From Candidatus Kuenenia stuttgartensis (lineage in GTDB: Bacteria; Planctomycetota; Brocadiia; Brocadiales; Brocadiaceae): a DNA stretch of 32,000 nt. Below the pieces are notes generated by a model, which did not search any database, had not been told where the DNA came from, and saw only the letters and a list, made by a program, of their open reading frames with translations. Positions 26,685 through 32,000 of the stretch are shown here, one piece after another. The position numbers and the translations under genes are program-made. The stretch is taken from the NCBI RefSeq assembly GCF_900232105.1, contig NZ_LT934425.1:4320001-4352000 (forward strand), in the 5' to 3' direction. How positions within the stretch are numbered: the stretch's first letter is position 1; each line of letters starts with the position of its first letter.

Positions 26685-28065
26685 GCCTCATCCGCAGAAT
26701 CTGTGGGTAAGTATTGGTTCCGGCAAATTACCAAGAGTATGATACAAGGCTGTTTGCAGGCATTCCAGAGATTTATAACCATAAGCCTTTCTCATAGTCA
26801 GTTTCGCCTTAAGGTTAAACCCCTCAACCGTACCGGAAGAAAGTCTGCCATCAGCCTTGAACCAGTTGAGAATGAGCTGCTTGTGATTGCGCAACATCTT
26901 TGCCACTTTTTTCATAGGTTCCAGGTTGGTTTTTAGGGTTCTCGTAATCCAGTTCTCGAGAAACCTGTCTGCATACGCCGGATACTTATACTCCCAAAAA
27001 CGCTGAAAATCTTCACGCATTAAATATGCCTTTATTGAACTCAGGTTGATCTTAACTATCTGGCTTAACCGTACCGTTTGCTTTTCTGTCAAGTTCTCAG
27101 GCCTTTTCAACAGTAACCAACGGCTCTTTTCCAAAACATTGTCTGTGCCTTCATCCTTGAGCTTTTTGACCTCTTCCCTCCGTATCTGGTCTATGGCTTC
27201 ATTGAATTTCTTCATGATGTGGAAACGGTCAAGAATATTAAGCGCCTGGGAAGCCTTCTTCGCTATCACCTTCAGGTACGGCGACCACATATCGCTGCAA
27301 ACGAATTTGATTCTCAGACAACGTTCTCTACCTAACTCCATGAAAAACTTCAGCAGGGTCTTTGCCTTCCGCTCAGGGCCACTCCATAAAAGCCTTTTGG
27401 CATGCGAATCAAGCTGATATACAAGGGTTAAATACTTGTGGCCACTCCAGACTTGTATCTCGTCTATTCCTATTTCCGTTATATTCTCCAAGTCCCTGTG
27501 GGCAAGGCCGTAGGCAACTACAAACTGCACTGCCCTATACACACTGTCCCAACTGGACTTGAATATCTCGGCTGTCTCTTTCCAACTCAGGCGTTTAGCC
27601 CATCGAGACAGGAATACCTTGTATGTGGTGGTCATCTGCTCCTTACCTTCTGACCAGGGAATTCGCTCTACATGGATTCCGTCCACTGGACAGGCGGCGC
27701 GTCGCGGGGAATATCGGAAAAATACTTGAAACCCCCATAATGGCGGATACTCGTATAACCGGGACGGCTGTGTATCATACCCAGACGCTCTCTTCCCACA
27801 TACTGAACATTCAGGCTTGGCATTTACCCTCGGCTTTATATCTGCTACTAATGCCTTTCTACCATTTATGACCTCGAAACTGACTGCTTTGTAAACAAAT
27901 GACTTGAAATTCTCTACCGTATTTAATAATGTCTTTATCTGCATTGCCTCTCCTTTTGGGTTAAGATGCTTTCTTGATAAAAAACATCTTACTCCCTTTG
28001 GGATGGCAATGCACCTTTTCTCTTACTAATCCTTACTTATTACCCACAGATTCTGCGGACGAGCC
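26685..28065 (-). mobile_element. ISL3-family insertion sequence (complete, 1381 bp)
   Basis: IRs GCCTCATCCGCAGAATCTGTGGGTAA (26685-) and the reverse complement GGCTCGTCCGCAGAATCTGTGGGTAA (ending 28065). A perfect 8-bp TSD TAGATTTT lies at 26677-26684 and 28066-28073. Confidence 0.9.
26688..27944 (-). CDS. ISL3-family transposase
   Basis: 418 aa. Zinc-finger CSVCGKRASGYD...RRAACPVDG, GIDEIQVWSGHKYLTLV, DMWSPY and LSSGTVEGFNLKAK match ISL3-family hallmarks. Confidence 0.9.
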   Translation of the reverse strand: MQIKTLLNTVENFKSFVYKAVSFEVINGRKALVADIKPRVNAKPECSVCGKRASGYDTQPSRLYEYPPLWGFQVFFRYSPRRAACPVDGIHVERIPWSEGKEQMTTTYKVFLSRWAKRLSWKETAEIFKSSWDSVYRAVQFVVAYGLAHRDLENITEIGIDEIQVWSGHKYLTLVYQLDSHAKRLLWSGPERKAKTLLKFFMELGRERCLRIKFVCSDMWSPYLKVIAKKASQALNILDRFHIMKKFNEAIDQIRREEVKKLKDEGTDNVLEKSRWLLLKRPENLTEKQTVRLSQIVKINLSSIKAYLMREDFQRFWEYKYPAYADRFLENWITRTLKTNLEPMKKVAKMLRNHKQLILNWFKADGRLSSGTVEGFNLKAKLTMRKAYGYKSLECLQTALYHTLGNLPEPILTHRFCG

Positions 28066-28415
28066 TAGATTTTATTGAATGTCTGTTTTACATATTCAGC
28101 AATTTCTTTTGCCGCACTATAGTTGTTTTGCCTGATATGATCTTTTAATTGTTCTTCTTGTTCGCATGTGAGTTTTGGCACACAGCCAACATAATTGTCA
28201 GATAAAAGCCCGTCAAAACCTTTATCTTTGTATAGTTTTTCGTAATTCCTGATTGTTTGATCGTCTAACAAGAGCGCCTCTGCTACTTTTTCATAACTCC
28301 ATCCTGAATCAAGAAGAAGTATAGCTTTGATTCGGTCGGCATGACGTCTATGAGGCTCTTTCTTATGTGCTTTTTTAAATTCTATTCGGGTTTTTTCACT
28401 GAGAAATGGATTCAT
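28066..28415 (-). pseudogene. IS630-family transposase, N-terminal HTH part
   Basis: 116-aa ORF (MNPFLSEKTRIEFKKAHKK...GWSYEKVAEALLLDDQTIRNYEKLY...). The stop is created by the ISL3 insertion. Confidence 0.85.
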
Positions 28416-28496
28416 GCAGAATTTAATACTCTAGAAACAATTCGAATGCAAGAAAAAAACAGATTTTTATAAAAATAAATGCTTTTTACTATACAA

Positions 28497-30349
28497 CGGA
28501 TGTTCACCCCAAGTCAAAAAACAAAAGTGCCGTAAAAGCCTTATATTTATTGACTTTTACGCCGAACAGCAAGCTTTTTTCTAGTGACTACCCGTATGTT
28601 CCGGCTTGGCAATACTTCTGGCAACTTTATCTGTAATGCCTCTAATAATTCATGTGATTGTTGCCGCGGACGCGGGATCTTCTGGCAACTAGCTTTTTGG
28701 CCTTTGATTGTTACTTCCATCGAACAAATGGTCGTCAATTGTGCGAGACCTTCCTCTACCGTCAAGTCAAAATTCTTCCACGCTCTGCGCAGCCTTCGAA
28801 TTATCATGTACGCAAGCATTACCACAAACACATGTCCCCGTGTACTATCCTCCTTTCTTACATACACCGGACGAACCTCCAAATTCACCGTCTTACAGTC
28901 CCGAAACGCCTTCTCCACTTCCGTTAAATCCTTGTATCGTTCATGTACCAGATTGGTATCCGCCTCGTTCTCCTCAAGATCAGTCTTGATTGCGTAACAA
29001 CCATCAAGGTATGATGCCTCCTTTAATGCTTCCTCAGCTCTCTCTATCTTTAGCGTCCTATCCTCTTCTTTTATCTGCACCCACCCATCAAGTTTCAATC
29101 TCGTTAGCCTTTCCCTTGTTGTTTCCAGGGCCTTCGATACTGACGACTTAGGATGTTCCTTCAGATAACTGTTCTTCTTCACGATGTATTTCTCTATACT
29201 CTGTAATTTTGATACACGGGTCTTTGACATCTCTTCCGCCCTTACCGGATTGCGCCTCAGAATATATCTAACCTCATCATCCTTTATCTCGCAGAGCTTT
29301 TCTTCGAACAATCCTAATTGCAGTATCCCTTTATTTATCAACGACTCTATCTGCGGCTTGGTTATCGCCGTTATGTAATGAAACCCTTCCGGTAAACTTT
29401 CGATTTGCACCGTCTTGATCATCCCACGATCTCCTACAATCGTTACATCTTTGCATCCAAACCGCTCTAATACCTTCTTTACCTGAGATTCAAAGGTCTT
29501 CGGATCCTGGGTGTTGCCCCTAAATACTTCTGTTGATACCGGCTCCCCGAATTCATCACAAAGCATACCGATCACTATCTGTTTTTTCCTCTTTTTGCCG
29601 TCACGATTATACCCGTACTCACCAAAATGATTCGACTTCCCCTCTAAATAACTGCTCGTCACGTCATACAAAAACAACTTCGGCTTATTGCCTCCTCGTC
29701 TTAACTCAAACAGCTTTCGCTCTATCTTTGCCTGATTCTCTGACAACCATGACAAATTATCGTACAGATTGTTCTCGTCAAACCCACGCTTCATATCCAG
29801 GACGTCACCCGCAGCATGTATCTGCGCCAGCCTTACTGCAGACAGTCTTGACCCCCGGCCTATTACCCTTGCCATTACTTGCCAAAGCGCCAGCTTTCCT
29901 TCAAAGTCCTTTCCCAATGCCTCTTCTATCCCTAATTCCTTTGCCACTTGGTACACGCTCCACGCTGCTCCCACAGACAAACCCTCATGGAGTTTCACCG
30001 ATTCTGACAATGCGCCCAATGCACAGAGATCGTCTTTATGTGCGAGTGCAAGTCTTATCGCTTCAATCTCCAGGGGAGTGCAATTCGACAGATTCGCAAT
30101 GGTGCGTTTCTTGACCTTCCCATCCTCACGGTACGATTCCCGCAGAAGGGTAGATCGATAGATTTTTTTACCGGATTTTGACTTGTTCTCTACAATATGC
30201 ATGTCCACCATTGTACAGATAACAACCATTATCAGTCAAGTATATTGTCGGATAATAACAATATATTAGTGACTACATATTTATTAAAAATACAGCCTTA
30301 ACAAACTATGTATTAAGCACTTATGCGTTTTGGCAGGGGTGAACATCCG
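28497..30349 (-). mobile_element. IS1634-family insertion sequence, copy 2 (complete)
   Basis: Same IRs as copy 1 (28497-28510 and 30336-30349). A 6-bp TSD ATACAA lies at 28491-28496 and 30350-30355. Confidence 0.9.
28547..30229 (-). CDS. IS1634-family DDE transposase
   Basis: 560 aa, with 4 substitutions relative to ORF 261-1943. Confidence 0.88.
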   Translation of the reverse strand: MVVICTMVDMHIVENKSKSGKKIYRSTLLRESYREDGKVKKRTIANLSNCTPLEIEAIRLALAHKDDLCALGALSESVKLHEGLSVGAAWSVYQVAKELGIEEALGKDFEGKLALWQVMARVIGRGSRLSAVRLAQIHAAGDVLDMKRGFDENNLYDNLSWLSENQAKIERKLFELRRGGNKPKLFLYDVTSSYLEGKSNHFGEYGYNRDGKKRKKQIVIGMLCDEFGEPVSTEVFRGNTQDPKTFESQVKKVLERFGCKDVTIVGDRGMIKTVQIESLPEGFHYITAITKPQIESLINKGILQLGLFEEKLCEIKDDEVRYILRRNPVRAEEMSKTRVSKLQSIEKYIVKKNSYLKEHPKSSVSKALETTRERLTRLKLDGWVQIKEEDRTLKIERAEEALKEASYLDGCYAIKTDLEENEADTNLVHERYKDLTEVEKAFRDCKTVNLEVRPVYVRKEDSTRGHVFVVMLAYMIIRRLRRAWKNFDLTVEEGLAQLTTICSMEVTIKGQKASCQKIPRPRQQSHELLEALQIKLPEVLPSRNIRVVTRKKLAVRRKSQ

Positions 30350-30426
30350 ATACAACCGGGAAGTGAAGGAACGATTGCCGTAAATCCCCCTTCATCACTT
30401 GGTTCTAAAATTACTTGAATTTTCAT
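30350..30426 (-). pseudogene. hicB: HicB-like (UPF0150) antitoxin, N-terminal part (residues 1-25)
   Basis: MKIQVILEPSDEGGFTAIVPSLPGC is the canonical HicB/UPF0150 N-terminus. It is cut at the TA used by IS630 and at the ATACAA used by IS1634. Confidence 0.75.
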
Positions 30427-30506
30427 TTTTTTATCCCCCCCCAAATGTTTTTTAAATTAACCACGCATATTTCGTCCCATTATCACATTTGGATTGGCAA
30501 AAATCA

Positions 30507-30617
30507 TCAATTCCTATCTTTTGCTTCGACGATATTAATTTCCTCATATGTCAATCCATACAGTCTGTAAACAATTTCATCTATCAACTTATCTATCGCC
30601 TTACTTCTTGTTTTTAA
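30507..30617 (-). pseudogene. C-terminal 36 codons of a DNA methyltransferase/restriction enzyme (type IIG, Eco57I or PglX-like tail)
   Basis: LKTRSKAIDKLIDEIVYRLYGLTYEEINIVEAKDRN*. The ID..VY.LYGLT.EEI..VE tail is characteristic of these enzymes. The upstream part is displaced by IS1634 copy 3. Confidence 0.55.
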
Positions 30618-32000
30618 CGGATGTTCACCCCTGCCAAAACGCATAAGTGCTTAATATATAGTTTGTTAAGGCTGTATTTTTAATAAATATGTAGTCACTA
30701 ATATATTGTTATTATACGACAATATACTTGACGGATAATGGTTGTTATCTGTACAATGGTGGACATGCATATTGTAGAGAACAAGTCAAAATCCGGTAAA
30801 AAAATCTATCGATCTACCCTTCTGCGGGAATCGTACCGTGAGGATGGGAAGGTCAAGAAACGCACCATTGCGAATCTGTCGAATTGCACTCCCCTGGAGA
30901 TTGAAGCGATAAGACTTGCACTCGCACATAAAGACGATCTCTGTGCATTGGGCGCATTGTCAGAATCGGTGAAACTCCATGAGGGTTTGTCTGTGGGAGC
31001 AGCGTGGAGCGTGTACCAAGTGGCAAAGGAATTAGGGATAGAAGAGGCATTGGGAAAGGACTTTGAAGGAAAGCTGGCGCTTTGGCAAGTAATGGCAAGG
31101 GTAATAGGCCGGGGGTCAAGACTGTCTGCAGTAAGGCTGGCGCAGATACATGCTGCGGGTGACGTCCTGGATATGAAGCGTGGGTTTGACGAGAACAATC
31201 TGTACGATAATTTGTCATGGTTGTCAGAGAATCAGGCAAAGATAGAGCGAAAGCTGTTTGAGTTAAGACGAGGAGGCAATAAGCCGAAGTTGTTTTTGTA
31301 TGACGTGACGAGCAGTTATTTAGAGGGGAAGTCGAATCATTTTGGTGAGTACGGGTATAATCGTGACGGCAAAAAGAGGAAAAAACAGATAGTGATCGGT
31401 ATGCTTTGTGATGAATCCGGGGAGCCGGTATCAACAGAAGTATTTAGGGGCAACACCCAGGATCCGAAGACCTTTGAATCTCAGGTAAAGAAGGTATTAG
31501 AGCGGTTTGGATGTAAAGATGTAACGATTGTAGGAGATCGTGGGATGATCAAGACGGTGCAAATCGAAAGTTTACCGGAAGGGTTTCATTACATAACGGC
31601 GATAACTAAGCCGCAGATAGAGTCGTTGATAAATAAAGGGATACTGCAATTAGGATTGTTCGAAGAAAAGCTCTGCGAGATAAAGGATGATGAGGTTCGA
31701 TATATTCTGAGGCGCAATCCGGTAAGGGCGGAAGAGATGTCAAAGACCCGTGTATCAAAATTACAGAGTATAGAGAAATACATCGTGAAGAAGAACAGTT
31801 ATCTGAAGGAACATCCTAAGTCGTCAGTATCGAAGGCCCTGGAAACAACAAGGGAAAGGCTAACGAGATTGAAACTTGATGGGTGGGTGCAGATAAAAGA
31901 AGAGGATAGGACGCTAAAGATAGAGAGAGCTGAGGAAGCATTAAAGGAGGCATCATACCTTGATGGTTGTTACGCAATCAAGACTGATCTTGAGGAGAAC
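30618..32000 (+). mobile_element. IS1634-family insertion sequence, copy 3 (runs off the window)
   Basis: Left IR CGGATGTTCACCCC at 30618-30631. The sequence is colinear with copy 1 to the window end. Confidence 0.9.
30738..32000 (+). CDS. IS1634-family DDE transposase (partial, 421 codons in window)
   Basis: ATG at 30738 in the same context as ATG 261. The frame is open to the window edge. It is absent from the ORF track because there is no stop in the window. Confidence 0.85.
   Translation, partial: MVVICTMVDMHIVENKSKSGKKIYRSTLLRESYREDGKVKKRTIANLSNCTPLEIEAIRLALAHKDDLCALGALSESVKLHEGLSVGAAWSVYQVAKELGIEEALGKDFEGKLALWQVMARVIGRGSRLSAVRLAQIHAAGDVLDMKRGFDENNLYDNLSWLSENQAKIERKLFELRRGGNKPKLFLYDVTSSYLEGKSNHFGEYGYNRDGKKRKKQIVIGMLCDESGEPVSTEVFRGNTQDPKTFESQVKKVLERFGCKDVTIVGDRGMIKTVQIESLPEGFHYITAITKPQIESLINKGILQLGLFEEKLCEIKDDEVRYILRRNPVRAEEMSKTRVSKLQSIEKYIVKKNSYLKEHPKSSVSKALETTRERLTRLKLDGWVQIKEEDRTLKIERAEEALKEASYLDGCYAIKTDLEEN

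Larger units (their letters stand above)
25977..28491 (-). mobile_element. IS630-family insertion sequence, copy 2 (full length, interrupted by ISL3)
   Basis: Termini TAGTCAAACAAATC (25977-) and TAGTAAAAAGCATTT (reverse complement, ending 28491). TA lies on both sides (25975-25976 and 28492-28493). It is about 1134 bp once ISL3 and one TSD copy are removed. Confidence 0.8.

Noticed and set aside
141-30349. IS1634 copies 1 and 2 as the arms of a 30-kb composite transposon
   Set aside because: Each copy has its own matching 6-bp TSD (TTCTAT, ATACAA). There is no shared duplication at the outer ends, so they arrived by separate insertions. The enclosed DNA is mostly other IS debris.

Overview
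This 32-kb, AT-rich window is mostly insertion-sequence (IS) debris. By my boundary calls about 70% of it is IS-derived, from at least ten transposase lineages. These are IS1634 (3 near-identical copies), an IS5/ISNCY-like fragment, an IS66 fragment, ISL3 (1 intact, 1 fragment), IS4, IS630 (2 copies, both disrupted), IS91 (split), ISAzo13 (1 frameshifted, 1 pseudogene), a Tn5-like IS4 element, an ISAs1 element (2 truncated copies plus an end fragment) and one unassigned DDE element. Many insertions are nested. Because target-site duplications (TSDs) survive, several can be reversed by eye, which restores an IS91 transposase, an IS630 transposase and a 67-aa HicB antitoxin. Small defence or addiction genes lie between the IS: hicAB, mazEF, a second split hicB/hicA pair and the C-terminal stub of a restriction-modification or BREX-type methyltransferase. 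One ordinary chromosomal block (17.7-22.8 kb) carries yggT, a HAD/polyprenol-kinase-like fusion, a U32 peptidase, a PDZ-TPR lipoprotein and a CBM-like secreted protein. The most unusual observations are: (1) a homologous DUF4338 (DruA-like) N-terminal domain fused to two unrelated transposase cores; (2) an A9 slippery run separating the two ISAzo13 ORFs; (3) 166-169-bp direct repeats bracketing hicAB; (4) IS630-type termini bracketing the Tn5-like element. All family assignments come from motif recognition by eye, with no database search.
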